From the NCBI GenBank assembly GCA_963705165.1, contig CAVPJD010000008.1, positions 64,001-128,000 on the forward strand: 64,000 nt of DNA, given 5' to 3'. Both the position numbers and the translations under genes were made by a program. Below, one piece after another: positions 10,226 to 20,012 of the stretch; within the stretch, counting starts at the first letter, position 1, and the number at the start of each line of letters is the position of its first letter. This DNA comes from an uncultured delta proteobacterium (GTDB lineage: Bacteria; Desulfobacterota; Syntrophia; Syntrophales; UBA2192). The notes below the pieces were generated by a model. The model was not told the DNA's origin and did no database searches. It saw nothing but the letters and a program-made list of their open reading frames with translations.

Positions 10226-10639
10226 CTACATCGGCTCCGTGGGGAAGCCGGCCTCCAACCACTCGTTCCACCCGCCCTTCAGGGCGTAAACCTTCTTGAA
10301 TCCCAGTTTGGTCATTTCCTGTGCCACCCAGGCACTGGTCCCTTCTCCGTGTCAGGCACAGTAGAGGACGATCGTCTTGTCCTTGGGGTACTTGGCCGCC
10401 CAGGATTTCACTTCCTCCTTGGGGTTTTCCCGGACGGCGCCCTTGATTTTCTGGCTGCTCTTGGCCAGGTCGGCCGCCTGCCGCACGTCGATGACGACGA
10501 GTTCCGGCTTGCCCAGCATCATCTTGAGCTCTTCTTTGCTCATTTTCTCGACCTGCGCCGACACATCGGTGCCCGAAAGCAGCAACAGGATGCCCAGCAC
10601 GAGGCCTGCCCCGATCACGGCAATGACTCTGTTGTTCAT
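10226..10639 (-). CDS. Rhodanese-related selenoprotein (Sec at in-frame UGA 10352-10354)
   Basis: Signal peptide, VIDVR, IKGAVR, IVLYCA-UGA-HGEGTSAWVAQEMTKLGFKKVYALKGGWNEWLEAGFPTEPM-TAG; AGGAGG RBS. Confidence 0.9.
10321..10335 (-). promoter_or_regulatory. Putative bacterial SECIS hairpin
   Basis: GUGCC-UGGGU-GGCAC stem-loop with a G-rich loop about 21 nt 3' of the UGA. Confidence 0.7.
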
Positions 10640-11112
10640 AGGTTGAACCCTCCTTTCCATGGCTTGATACTTATGAATGATCCCACAGAAACCCCGCGAT
10701 GAAAAGCGAAACTCCGGGGCCAAAAGAGCGCTTGACAAAAACGGCGGGAGTGTTTTTAATAGAGAACAAGTTGCACGGAAATCCGATCTACTTCTTTTCT
10801 TCGACCTTTCCCTTTCATTTCCCTTTTGTGTCAACGATCTGCTTGCGAAATCTCGCTTTTCCCTTGATCCGCCACGACGAGCCGGGTACCGGCTCCTGAA
10901 CTCGCAACTCACAAAAAGCGCTGCCGAAATTGCTCGAAAAGAGTGCTTTCTTCTTCCAGGGGTTCATTTTCCAGCCCCTCGCATCTCCCCCAAGCATCCC
11001 CCGCGGGTGCGCGCGGCCTGACGGGGATGTAGCTATAGCAGGAGGGCTTCCTCTCAGGGGTTTCGAGGAAGCCCTCCTCGCATTGTGGGCCGCTTGAGGA
11101 ATTGGATTTTCA

Positions 11113-11150
11113 CCCTCACCCCGGCCCTCTCCCCTCAAGGGCGAGGGAGA
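11113..11150. repeat. REP-like palindromic element (CCCTCACC..CCTCTCCC..GGG.GAGG family)
   Basis: Related copy at 57537-57572. Confidence 0.7.
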
Positions 11151-11165
11151 TTGAGGTAGGGTTCA

Positions 11166-11726
11166 CTACAGGCCGAGCCGATCGCTGATCATACTCATCG
11201 CCTTTAGCGACAGCTCCACGAACTCCTCCAGCGGGATGCCGATCTTTTCGCACTCGAGGATGTTCTCGCGGCTCACCGAGGCGGCAAAGGCCTTCTCCTT
11301 CATCCGCTTGACCACCGACCTTGACTTCACGCCGGCAATCTTTTTGTCGGGGTAGACCATCGCGGTGGCGACGATGAGGCCTGTGACCGTCTCGCCCGCC
11401 GCAAGGGCGTGCTGGAACTCGGTGCTTCGCTTCGCCCCGGCCGCCGTCTCGTTGTGCATCTTGACAGCGTCGATGATCTCGGCATCCAGGCCCTTCTCCT
11501 TCAGGATCCTCTCCGTTTCCAGACAGTGGACGTTGAGATCTGCGTTGCAGAGCTCCACGTCGAGATCGTGCAGCAGGCCCGCGAGGCCCCACTTTTCTTC
11601 GTCGCGCCCCAGCCTCCGGGCAAGCGCCCGCATGACGGCCTCCGAGGCCAGGCAGTGATTGATCATCCGTTCATTCTGGATATGCTGCCCGAGCAGCGCA
11701 AGCGCTTCATCCCGCGACATGGACAT
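11166..11726 (-). CDS. HDIG-domain metal-dependent phosphohydrolase
   Basis: NHCLASE, GLLHDLD and KEKAFAASVSRE motifs. Confidence 0.85.
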   Translation of the reverse strand: MSMSRDEALALLGQHIQNERMINHCLASEAVMRALARRLGRDEEKWGLAGLLHDLDVELCNADLNVHCLETERILKEKGLDAEIIDAVKMHNETAAGAKRSTEFQHALAAGETVTGLIVATAMVYPDKKIAGVKSRSVVKRMKEKAFAASVSRENILECEKIGIPLEEFVELSLKAMSMISDRLGL

Positions 11727-11757
11727 CGTTTCACCCCCTTTGAATCACAGCCTTCCT

Positions 11758-12750
11758 TCACGTCGATTTTCTCATGAAGTTCATCATGGCCTCGCCGTAG
11801 CGCTCGCCGGCAGCCACCCCTTTCGGGGCCATCGCCTCGAGGCGCGACCGATCCTCTGCCGTGAGGGTCACCCCGAGGGCCGCGACGTTCTCCTCCAGCC
11901 ATTTCCTGCGCTTTGTCCCGGGGATCGGGATGATATCCTCGCCCCTGGCCAGCACCCAGGCAAGGGCCAGCTGAGCCGCCGTGCAGCCCTTTTCCTTCGC
12001 CATCTCGACGACCCCTTTTGCCAGTGCGAGGTTCTTCCGGAGGTTCTCTTCCTGGAAGCGGGGATTGGTACGCCGGAAATCATCCTCGCTCAGATCCTCC
12101 TGTTTTGTGATCTTTCCCGCGAGAAACCCACGCCCCAGGGGGCTGTAAGCCACATAGCCGATCCCCAGTTCGCGGCAGACGGGCAGGCTGTCGTCTTCGT
12201 GATCCCGCGTCCAGAGGGAATATTCGCTCTGGAGGGCCGTGATGGGGTGGACGGCAAAGGCGCGCCGCAGGGTGTTCGGCCCTGCCTCCGAAAGGCCCAG
12301 GAAGCGAACTTTTCCTTCCTTCACCAGACCGGCCATGGCCCCCACGGTCTCCTCGACGGGCACCTCCGGGTCCATGCGGTGCTGGTAGTAGAGGTCGATT
12401 ACGTCAACGCCGAGGCGCTTCAGGCTCGCCTCGCAGGCCGATCGGACATAATCGGGCCTGCCGCAGAACCCGCGGTAGCTCGGGTCGGCGCTTCGCAGGA
12501 TGCCGAACTTGGTGGCGAGAAACACCTCCTTTCGCCGGTCGCGGATGGCCCGGCCCACGAGTTCCTCGTTTGTGAAGGGCCCGTAGACGTCGGCCGTGTC
12601 GAGGAAGTTGATTCCCAGGTCGATTGCCCGGTGGATCGTGGCGATGGATTCCGCCTCGTCCCGCGGGCCGTAGAATTCCGACATCCCCATGCATCCCAGG
12701 CCCATCGCCGAAACGACAGGGCCGTCTTTCCCCAGCCGTCTTGTTTTCAT
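11758..12750 (-). CDS. Aldo/keto reductase
   Basis: [33 protein letters not shown]. Confidence 0.95.
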   Translation of the reverse strand: MKTRRLGKDGPVVSAMGLGCMGMSEFYGPRDEAESIATIHRAIDLGINFLDTADVYGPFTNEELVGRAIRDRRKEVFLATKFGILRSADPSYRGFCGRPDYVRSACEASLKRLGVDVIDLYYQHRMDPEVPVEETVGAMAGLVKEGKVRFLGLSEAGPNTLRRAFAVHPITALQSEYSLWTRDHEDDSLPVCRELGIGYVAYSPLGRGFLAGKITKQEDLSEDDFRRTNPRFQEENLRKNLALAKGVVEMAKEKGCTAAQLALAWVLARGEDIIPIPGTKRRKWLEENVAALGVTLTAEDRSRLEAMAPKGVAAGERYGEAMMNFMRKST

Positions 12751-12951
12751 ATCCTGCGCCTTTCCGAACCGCTTACGGCAGATCTTTTCTGTCCTTGAGA
12801 GGTTCCCGGACACGTCCGGGAAACCTTACACTCTGCCCCCTACCTTCCCACAAATCATTTGTGCGATCAACCACGGGTTTCGCGCCACCTTGCGTTTCCG
12901 CCGATGACTTGCTATAGTCTCGAAGCACTTCACCCACGAGGAGCATTCTTT

Positions 12952-13881
12952 ATGTGCATCCGCATGTTTTTGCCTGCCATCCTGTCCGCGGCCCTGTTGT
13001 TCACAATCTTCTCCCCCGGCGCCCAGGCCCAGCCTGCAGGCTTCGGGGACGCGAACCGAACGGTGTACTCCTTCTCGTTTTCGCCGATCTACCAGTTCGA
13101 GTCCGATTTCGACCGCAGCGGCAGCTTCAGCGTGCAGCGCTACGCGTTCCAATTCGACACCTCGACGCCCGTTACGAACTCTCTGCGCGCGGGCATCAGC
13201 CTGGGCTACGATTTCGAGAAATATGACTTCTCCGGCACGACGTCCTTCGCGGGGGCGGACCCCTGGAGCGACATCCACCGGTTCTCCGCCGGGCTGCCCG
13301 TCAGCTGGCGCATGACTGACAGCTGGTCGCTCTTCGTCTCGCCGCAGGTGGAGTGGTATGGCGAATCGGGCGTCGCCAAATGGGAGGACGCCTTCGGGTA
13401 CGGGGCCGTCTTTTCCGTGTCCTACCGCGTCAGTCCCGGGCTGACCCTGGGGGCCGGGGCAGGTGTTTTCAGCCGCATGGAGGAAACGAAGGGCTTTCCA
13501 TACATCGCCATCGACTGGAAGATCACCGAGGATCTGCGCCTGAGCAACCCCTTCCGGACGAGCCCCTCCGGTCCGGCAGGCCTGGAGCTTTCCTGGCGGC
13601 TCTCTGATCGCTGGGAGATCGCGGCGGGGGGCGCCTATCGGTCATTCCGTTTCCGCCTCGATGACAGCGGGGTTGCCCCCAACGGGATCGGCGAGGTGGA
13701 CTCGACGGTGGGCTATGCAAGGCTGACGTACCGGATGGGAAGGGACCTCAAGCTGGACCTCTACGGAGGTGCGGCCTTCAACGGCAAGATGAGGATCGCC
13801 GACCGCAACGGCAACGAGCTGGGCTCCGACGACTTCGATACGGCGCCCATGGCGGCCCTCTCCCTGACGCTGCAGCTCTGA
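12952..13881 (+). CDS. Outer-membrane beta-barrel protein (DUF6268-like)
   Basis: Signal peptide; alternating amphipathic beta-strands rich in aromatics. Confidence 0.7.
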   Translation: MCIRMFLPAILSAALLFTIFSPGAQAQPAGFGDANRTVYSFSFSPIYQFESDFDRSGSFSVQRYAFQFDTSTPVTNSLRAGISLGYDFEKYDFSGTTSFAGADPWSDIHRFSAGLPVSWRMTDSWSLFVSPQVEWYGESGVAKWEDAFGYGAVFSVSYRVSPGLTLGAGAGVFSRMEETKGFPYIAIDWKITEDLRLSNPFRTSPSGPAGLELSWRLSDRWEIAAGGAYRSFRFRLDDSGVAPNGIGEVDSTVGYARLTYRMGRDLKLDLYGGAAFNGKMRIADRNGNELGSDDFDTAPMAALSLTLQL

Positions 13882-14017
13882 TCCCTGCAAAGGGTCTTTT
13901 CCTCGGCGGGGTGTCTGCCGCCAACCGCCACAAGGCATCTTTCTTGCTATGGAATAACTTCGTCCCCGGCCCATCGCCAGGCGAGCCTGCGAAACATTCC
14001 CCGGGGCGAGGTGATCC

Positions 14018-14881
14018 ATGCCGTACCGAAAGCTTGCAGCCATCGTCCTGGTTCTTTGCGTTGCGGCCTGCACGGGCGTGAAGGACGAGCCCCTTCCTCT
14101 CAGCCGCGAAAACATCGAGAAGTACGCCACGGCGGTCGGCAAGAGCTCCCGGAAAATCGAGCCCAATACGGGGACCGTCCTGGAACGGGTTGCCACCCTG
14201 TACAGGGACCCCCTCGAGAACAGCCTCGGCTACAGCTTCGACCGGACGCTCCGGCATTATTTCGTCAACCGGGCCGGCATCACGGCAGACCCCGAAGCGA
14301 AGGTCTTCGCCGACCTGATCACGCCGGGGGCCCAGGCCGTCCTCATGAATGCCGACGACGCCTTGCGGGCAGGGATCATTTCGACGAAGACCCGCGACCT
14401 GCTTTCGATTTTGGCGAAGTTCCGCTGCGACCACGCCCTGCTGCTCGGCAACGGGGAGTGGGAGCGGATGAGCGGTTTCCTGGGCCTGGTATCGGACTGC
14501 GAAAAGGAAAGCGATGGGCCCTGCACGGCCGGGAGGCTCGTCGAGCTGGCCGTCGAGCGGGAGATCATCCCGAGGCAGGAGATGGAGATCGCCTCGAAAG
14601 CCGCCGAAGAGGAGAGAATCGGCTACGTCCGGAATTTCCTGATCGCGCATTTCAACCTCTCGCACTGGGAGGGCGCCCGGCTTTTCATCGGGTCCGACGG
14701 GCACGAAATCGAGATCTCATCGCTCTTCGATGACCCGGAGGCTCAGATCATCACCAACGAGCGGGTCGTCTACCTGGCCGAGCAGTACGCGAAAATGATT
14801 AAAAAGGAAAAGAGCCTCCTGACGGAAAGCGGCGGCGCCCCCCTGCGGGCCCTGCAATCCGATCCGGGAAATCGCTCCTGA
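14018..14881 (+). CDS. Hypothetical lipoprotein
   Basis: GAGGTG RBS; lipobox VAAC; host-like codon usage. Confidence 0.7.
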   Translation: MPYRKLAAIVLVLCVAACTGVKDEPLPLSRENIEKYATAVGKSSRKIEPNTGTVLERVATLYRDPLENSLGYSFDRTLRHYFVNRAGITADPEAKVFADLITPGAQAVLMNADDALRAGIISTKTRDLLSILAKFRCDHALLLGNGEWERMSGFLGLVSDCEKESDGPCTAGRLVELAVEREIIPRQEMEIASKAAEEERIGYVRNFLIAHFNLSHWEGARLFIGSDGHEIEISSLFDDPEAQIITNERVVYLAEQYAKMIKKEKSLLTESGGAPLRALQSDPGNRS

Positions 14882-15022
14882 CCGGCCCCCGCCAACACCC
14901 TGCCGGGGTCATGGTTTTTCGTTCTGTTGTCCAAATTCTGTTCCTTAGAACTAGCGCTTGAGCGGGATTCTGGATAGCGAAGTTAGACGCGTTTTAGGTA
15001 ACCGCTCTTCCCCTTTCCCATA

Positions 15023-15051
15023 TTGACACCGGATCCAATTCCCCCTAGACT
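15023..15051 (+). promoter_or_regulatory. Sigma70-type promoter
   Basis: TTGACA-17 nt-TAGACT upstream of the MaoC gene. Confidence 0.6.
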
Positions 15052-15174
15052 GCCTGTGGCGGCACAGCCTGCCGCACGGCCCATGGCCGGGCTCGCGTTT
15101 GCGATGACGGGGAAAGGGACATCCTTCCCGTTACCTCGCCGGTCACGGATCCATGATTGAAGGAGGGAGCTGTC

Positions 15175-16014
15175 ATGGCGCTGGACCTGTCGGCAATCGG
15201 CCGTCCCATCGGTCCCATCGTCCGGGATTACGGCTGGAAGGACGTCATCCTTTACGCCCTCTCGGTGGGCGCCGGATTCGACGAGTTGGGCTACACCTGG
15301 GAGAAGGACCTCAAGGTGATCCCCACCTTCTCCGTCGCCACGATCTTCGACTTCTTCTGGGCCGTGGCGAAACACTCGAACCTCAACCCGAAGGGCGCCC
15401 TGCACGGCGAGCAGGAGATCCTCTTCCACAACCCCATCCCTGTCTCGGGGACACTCACCACCAACGGGACCATCACGAACTGCTTCGACAAGGGCAAGAA
15501 GGGCGCCGTCATCCGCGGTGAGAGCGTCACCCTGCACTCCAGCGGGACAAAGCTCTACACCAACACCATGAGCATTTTCAGCCGGCTCGACGGCGGCTTC
15601 GGCGGTGAGGATGGCTCCTCGCGGACGGTCGAGATCCCCGGGCGCGCCCCCGACTTCACTGTCGATGCCCTGCCCTCGCCCGACCAGCCCCTTCTCTATC
15701 GTCTTACGGGCGACTTCTTCGCGCTGCACGTGGACCCAGAATTTGCCCGGGCCTCGGGCTTCGAGAAGCCCATCATGCACGGCCTGTGCACCTTCGGCTT
15801 TGCCTGCCGGGCGCTTTTGAAATGTCTCATCCCCGGCGAGCCCGAGCGCACCCGGCGCATGGCCTGCCGGTTCACGCGGCCCCTCTATCCCGGCGAGCCC
15901 ATTCAAACTCTCATCTGGAAGACCGATGGAGGCAAGGCCCTCTGGCGGGTCGTCCACACGGGAACGGGCCAGAGCGTCATCGACGGCGGGGAATTCGAGT
16001 ACGGTAACTGCTGA
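15175..16014 (+). CDS. MaoC-family (R)-specific enoyl-CoA hydratase, double hot-dog fold
   Basis: YALSVG, LHGEQ, YRLTGD...LHVDP, PIMHGLCT. Confidence 0.92.
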   Translation: MALDLSAIGRPIGPIVRDYGWKDVILYALSVGAGFDELGYTWEKDLKVIPTFSVATIFDFFWAVAKHSNLNPKGALHGEQEILFHNPIPVSGTLTTNGTITNCFDKGKKGAVIRGESVTLHSSGTKLYTNTMSIFSRLDGGFGGEDGSSRTVEIPGRAPDFTVDALPSPDQPLLYRLTGDFFALHVDPEFARASGFEKPIMHGLCTFGFACRALLKCLIPGEPERTRRMACRFTRPLYPGEPIQTLIWKTDGGKALWRVVHTGTGQSVIDGGEFEYGNC

Positions 16015-16159
16015 TCGCCGGCATTCGTTCTGAAACCCGCGCCCGCCGGCGAGAAGAACTCGGCAAGGAAAACTATTGACAGGAAATGGCGTTCTGATTA
16101 TACCTCCCGCCGGGAACAGCGAGTACGAACATTCATCCATCTCACGGGAGGTTCAACCT

Positions 16160-16729
16160 ATGTCGGGTCACGGTTCCGGGCACATCGATCCCGCCCACAA
16201 GAAAATCGCCCTGCTCATTGCCATCCTGGCGCTCTTTCTCGCCCTCACCGAAACGCTCGGCAAGAGCGCCCAGACGTCTGCCCTCAGCTACAACATCGAG
16301 GCGTCGAACCTCTGGGCCTTCTTCCAGGCCAAGACGATCCGCATGACCACGCTGCGCACGGCCGCGGAAGCCGCCGAGGTGGAGCTGCAACTCGAAAAAT
16401 CGCCCGCAAAGCGGGCGATCCTGCAGAAGCGCATCGACGAGTGGAGAAAGGTTGCCGCGACCTACGACTCCGAGCCGGAAAAGCAGGAAGGACGCAAGGA
16501 GCTCGCCCAGAGGGCAAAGGTCGCCGAAAGCAGCCGCGAACGGGTTATGGCCGCCTACCATCACTACGAGATCGCATCGGCCTGCCTCCAGATCGCCATC
16601 GTGCTGGCATCGGCCAACATCATCACCGGGGTTGCCGCCCTGCTGTGGCTGTCGGGCGGGCTGGGCGTCGTGGCCATCGGCTTCAGCCTGATCGGTTTCT
16701 TCGCACCGCTGTCGGTCCACCTGTTCTGA
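16160..16729 (+). CDS. DUF4337 family membrane protein
   Basis: ASNLWAFFQAKTIR and LQIAIVLAS motifs; TTGACA-17-TATACC promoter from 16076. Confidence 0.85.
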   Translation: MSGHGSGHIDPAHKKIALLIAILALFLALTETLGKSAQTSALSYNIEASNLWAFFQAKTIRMTTLRTAAEAAEVELQLEKSPAKRAILQKRIDEWRKVAATYDSEPEKQEGRKELAQRAKVAESSRERVMAAYHHYEIASACLQIAIVLASANIITGVAALLWLSGGLGVVAIGFSLIGFFAPLSVHLF

Positions 16730-16764
16730 GGGATTCTCCAGTGCCTGCGCCCTCTTTGTCACGC

Positions 16765-17046
16765 TCACTTGTAGTAGCAGATGTAGGAAGCGTCGGCGGG
16801 CACGTCGAGTTGGAATTTGCTGTTCGCCTCCACCTCGAAACGGTCGTAGGGCCTGAACTCCTTCCACTCCGCCTGGCCGGGGAGCTTCACCTTCAGGACG
16901 CCCGTCGTGACGATCATGATCTCCTTTTGGGATGTCCCGAACTCATAGCTGCCTTTTGCCATCACCCCGACCGTTGCCGGCCCTTCGCTCGTCGTGAGCG
17001 AAATGGACTTCACGTTCCCCTCGAAATACTCGTTCACCTTCAGCAT
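16765..17046 (-). CDS. ppnP: Pyrimidine/purine nucleoside phosphorylase (DUF1255)
   Basis: [31 protein letters not shown]. Confidence 0.92.
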   Translation of the reverse strand: MLKVNEYFEGNVKSISLTTSEGPATVGVMAKGSYEFGTSQKEIMIVTTGVLKVKLPGQAEWKEFRPYDRFEVEANSKFQLDVPADASYICYYK

Positions 17047-17489
17047 GTCCTGCCTCCCGGGATCATTTTGCATGATCCTATGGGGGGAATGCGTACCCGT
17101 CAACAAAAATGATGACCCGTCACTTATCCACAGGTGCGGGCAATCGTGCAACCAAGGTCCGGACATCTAATGCTCGCGGTATTAGATTTGGCCTTTTTTC
17201 CCTAATACTCCATTCGTATTTTTCAAAACACCTCTGTTCGCGCTTTACATTTCGAACGATCGGGTTGTAGATTTTCACATTCCTCCTTCCACAACCCGTG
17301 ACGAAAGAACCGGACGGCCTATCCCTATTGATCTTATGGATGCCGCCCGAACAGGCAGGTGTACGCAACAAGCCTGCCGGGTGCCGCTCGTCACGGCCGG
17401 TGATACCGGCGGTGAAGGCATCTTCCGCTCTTTCGGACGGGGTCAATGAGAAGGCGAAGCGCTTTCGAAAAAAAGAAGGAGGGGTTTAC

Positions 17490-17885
17490 ATGATTCGCTA
17501 TTTCACGAAAAAGAGGGGACAGAAGGGCTTCACGCTGATCGAGCTCATGATCGTCATTGGAATCATCGCCATCCTGGCGGCCATCGCCATCCCGCAGTTT
17601 GTCCAGTACCGCTATCGCAGCTACCGGGCCGAGCTCAACTCCGACCTCAAGAATGCCTACACGGCGGCGCAGGCTTATTTTTCCGACTGGCCGAATGCAA
17701 CCGTGAACAGCTTTGACATGCTGTCGAAGGGCGGCTATCAGAAATCTCCCAACATCAACGTCGGGACGAGCAACCTGACCCTTGCCGCCGGTTCGATCGC
17801 ACTCACCCACTCCGCACTGCCCTCAGGCAAGCAAGGGGGGTCCGTCAACAACACGGGTGTCATCACCATGCCCGCATTGCCGTGA
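17490..17885 (+). CDS. pilA: Type IVa major pilin
   Basis: Prepilin cleavage site QKG|FTLIELMIV, P22, AGGAGG RBS; mature chain 118 aa. Confidence 0.9.
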   Translation: MIRYFTKKRGQKGFTLIELMIVIGIIAILAAIAIPQFVQYRYRSYRAELNSDLKNAYTAAQAYFSDWPNATVNSFDMLSKGGYQKSPNINVGTSNLTLAAGSIALTHSALPSGKQGGSVNNTGVITMPALP

Positions 17886-17990
17886 GTGCAGGCATCGCCG
17901 GTTTACACGGGGCTGCAGGTTCAGTCGATTTGCGGGGCAGTGCCGGGGGTGCTGCCCCGTTTTTCCCGACAGGCGCGAGTGGGGTCCCCT

Positions 17991-19262
17991 TCACTCCCAG
18001 CCCTTTTTCCACATGTCCTCGTCGTCGTAGACCTTCTCGTCGGCGGCGTGGGCCTCGGCGGCATCGGCCTCGTAGTCGCGGGGCAGTTTCCCCTTGCGCT
18101 CGAAGTGCTCCCGGTACCACTCGTGAGCCGTGATCAGTGACATGACCTCGCTGGTGCCCGTCCAGATCGAGGCCAGGCGAATGTCGCGGAAGATGCGCTC
18201 GACGGGAAAGACGTTCGTGTAGCCGATGCCCCCCATGACCTGCATGGCGTTGTGCACAACCTTCTGGCAGGACTCGGTGATGAACTTCTTCGATTCGGAG
18301 ACGAGCCTGCGGATGAGGTTCACGTTCGCCCCCGCATCGACGGCGCGGGCCGTCATGTTGGCCATGGCGCGGCAGGCATCGAGGAGCATGGCCGCCTCGG
18401 CCACCTGGAAGCTCACACCCTGGAACTGGTTGATCACCTGGCCGAAGGCCTTGCGGCGCGTCGTGTAGGCCGTGGCCACATCGAGGGCGGCCCGGGCCGA
18501 GCCGATGGTCATGGCCGCCGTACCCAGCCGCTCGGGGATCATCATCGTGTTGAAGACCTCGAAGGCCCCGTGGATCTTCCCGACCACGTTTTCCTTCGGG
18601 ACCTTGACGTTCTTGAAGACGAGGCGGCCCGTCCCGCCACCGCGGCATCCCATGAGGCCGTAAAGATACTTCGTTTCCACACCGGGCCCCCGCTCGACAA
18701 TCAGGCAGGAAATCGCATCCTGGGGCTTTGCCGAGGGGTTGCTGCGTGCGTAGACGAGGAAGAAATCCGCACCCTCGGCCCCGACGATGAAGCGTTTCTG
18801 GCCGTTGAGAAGGAAGTGATCGCCCTTATCCTCGGCCTTCGTCGTGGCGCCGAAGAAATCGGAGCCGCCCCGGGGCTCCGTGAGGCACTCGGCGGCGAAG
18901 CGCTCGCCCCTGAGCAGCGGCCTCACGAAGCGCTCCTTCTGAGCGTCGGTGCCGTGCAGGATAATGGCGTCGCAGACCAGCTCCGCCCCCACGCCGAAGA
19001 CACAGGCAAGCTCGTAGCCGAGCGTCCCGATCTCCTCCATGAGCAGGCACGTCGTGACCCAGTCCAACCCCCTGCCGCCCCACTTCACCGGGTAGCGGCA
19101 CCCCATAAGGTTCCGCCTTCCCGCCTCCTGGAGAAACTCCTTCGGGAACTTGATCGCATCCGTGTCCATGTCGAGGATCATCTGCCGGGGGACCCACTTC
19201 ACGAGGGCCCTCGCTTCGTCCCGGATGCTGCGCTGCTTTTCCGTCAGCAGAAAATCATACAT
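17991..19262 (-). CDS. Acyl-CoA dehydrogenase
   Basis: CLTEPRGGSD, LNGQKRFI, RKAFG, QVMGGIGY. Confidence 0.95.
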   Translation of the reverse strand: MYDFLLTEKQRSIRDEARALVKWVPRQMILDMDTDAIKFPKEFLQEAGRRNLMGCRYPVKWGGRGLDWVTTCLLMEEIGTLGYELACVFGVGAELVCDAIILHGTDAQKERFVRPLLRGERFAAECLTEPRGGSDFFGATTKAEDKGDHFLLNGQKRFIVGAEGADFFLVYARSNPSAKPQDAISCLIVERGPGVETKYLYGLMGCRGGGTGRLVFKNVKVPKENVVGKIHGAFEVFNTMMIPERLGTAAMTIGSARAALDVATAYTTRRKAFGQVINQFQGVSFQVAEAAMLLDACRAMANMTARAVDAGANVNLIRRLVSESKKFITESCQKVVHNAMQVMGGIGYTNVFPVERIFRDIRLASIWTGTSEVMSLITAHEWYREHFERKGKLPRDYEADAAEAHAADEKVYDDEDMWKKGWE

Positions 19263-19364
19263 GGCCCCTTCTCCTCCCTTCATGGTGATGCATCCCAACC
19301 GATCTTATTTGCCACAATCGGCGGGCAAAAGAAAGGGGCGGTCGCCGGACCGCCCCTGTGAATC

Positions 19365-19467
19365 AAGAAGCTACGAAGTTGAGAGGGTAAGAAGCTTGGA
19401 CGGGTAGGGGTCAATCCCAAACCTTCCGCTTCACCGACCTTCTTACCCTCGAACCTTCTTACGTTCT
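19365..19467. repeat. Octamer-periodic inverted-repeat element
   Basis: GAGAGGGTAAGAAG arm and CTTCTTACCCTC arm; sister copy at 50356-50463. Confidence 0.75.
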
Positions 19468-19468
19468 A

Positions 19469-19942
19469 CTACTTGGATACCTCCTGCCAGCCCGCTGCGG
19501 GCGTGTACTTGATCCAGGGGCCGTTGAGGGTTTTCACCTTGACGTAATCCTTCGTCATCTCGAAGTTCGTCTTGAGCGCCCCCGTGCTGTCGTCGGCGCC
19601 GTGCTTCTTGTAGGTGAACCACTTGTGCTTGCCGTAATCGTAAAGGGACACCTCGTGGAGGCCTGCGGCCAGCGCGAAGTTGTCGTTGATCATGTTGACG
19701 AAGCCCTCCACCTTGTGGCGGGTGATCGTCGTCATCTTGTGAAAATCCCACTTCTTCGTCGAGCTGTCATAGACCGACGCGCCCAGGAATCCATACTTGA
19801 GCGTCATGTTCATGGACTTGCTCTGCAGCGGCTTGAATGCGGGTGTTCCCACGTTGGCCGGGTCCTGCTGTGCGTGGCATACAACGGCGACGGCAACCAC
19901 CATGGCCATTGCGAGCACAAAGACGGAAAGACTCTTCTTCAT
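19469..19942 (-). CDS. Hypothetical secreted protein with internal repeat
   Basis: Signal peptide; repeated YD....KW motif; AGGAGG RBS. Confidence 0.75.
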   Translation of the reverse strand: MKKSLSVFVLAMAMVVAVAVVCHAQQDPANVGTPAFKPLQSKSMNMTLKYGFLGASVYDSSTKKWDFHKMTTITRHKVEGFVNMINDNFALAAGLHEVSLYDYGKHKWFTYKKHGADDSTGALKTNFEMTKDYVKVKTLNGPWIKYTPAAGWQEVSK

Positions 19943-20012
19943 GAAATACCTCCTGCGGGGTTCTGGGTGATAAAGGAAATTTTGCAAGGGCCGTGCCGGT
20001 TGAGGAGTGCGG

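Noticed and set aside
17124..17132. Perfect DnaA box TTATCCACA suggesting oriC
   Set aside because: Single box; no cluster, unwinding element or dnaA/dnaN nearby
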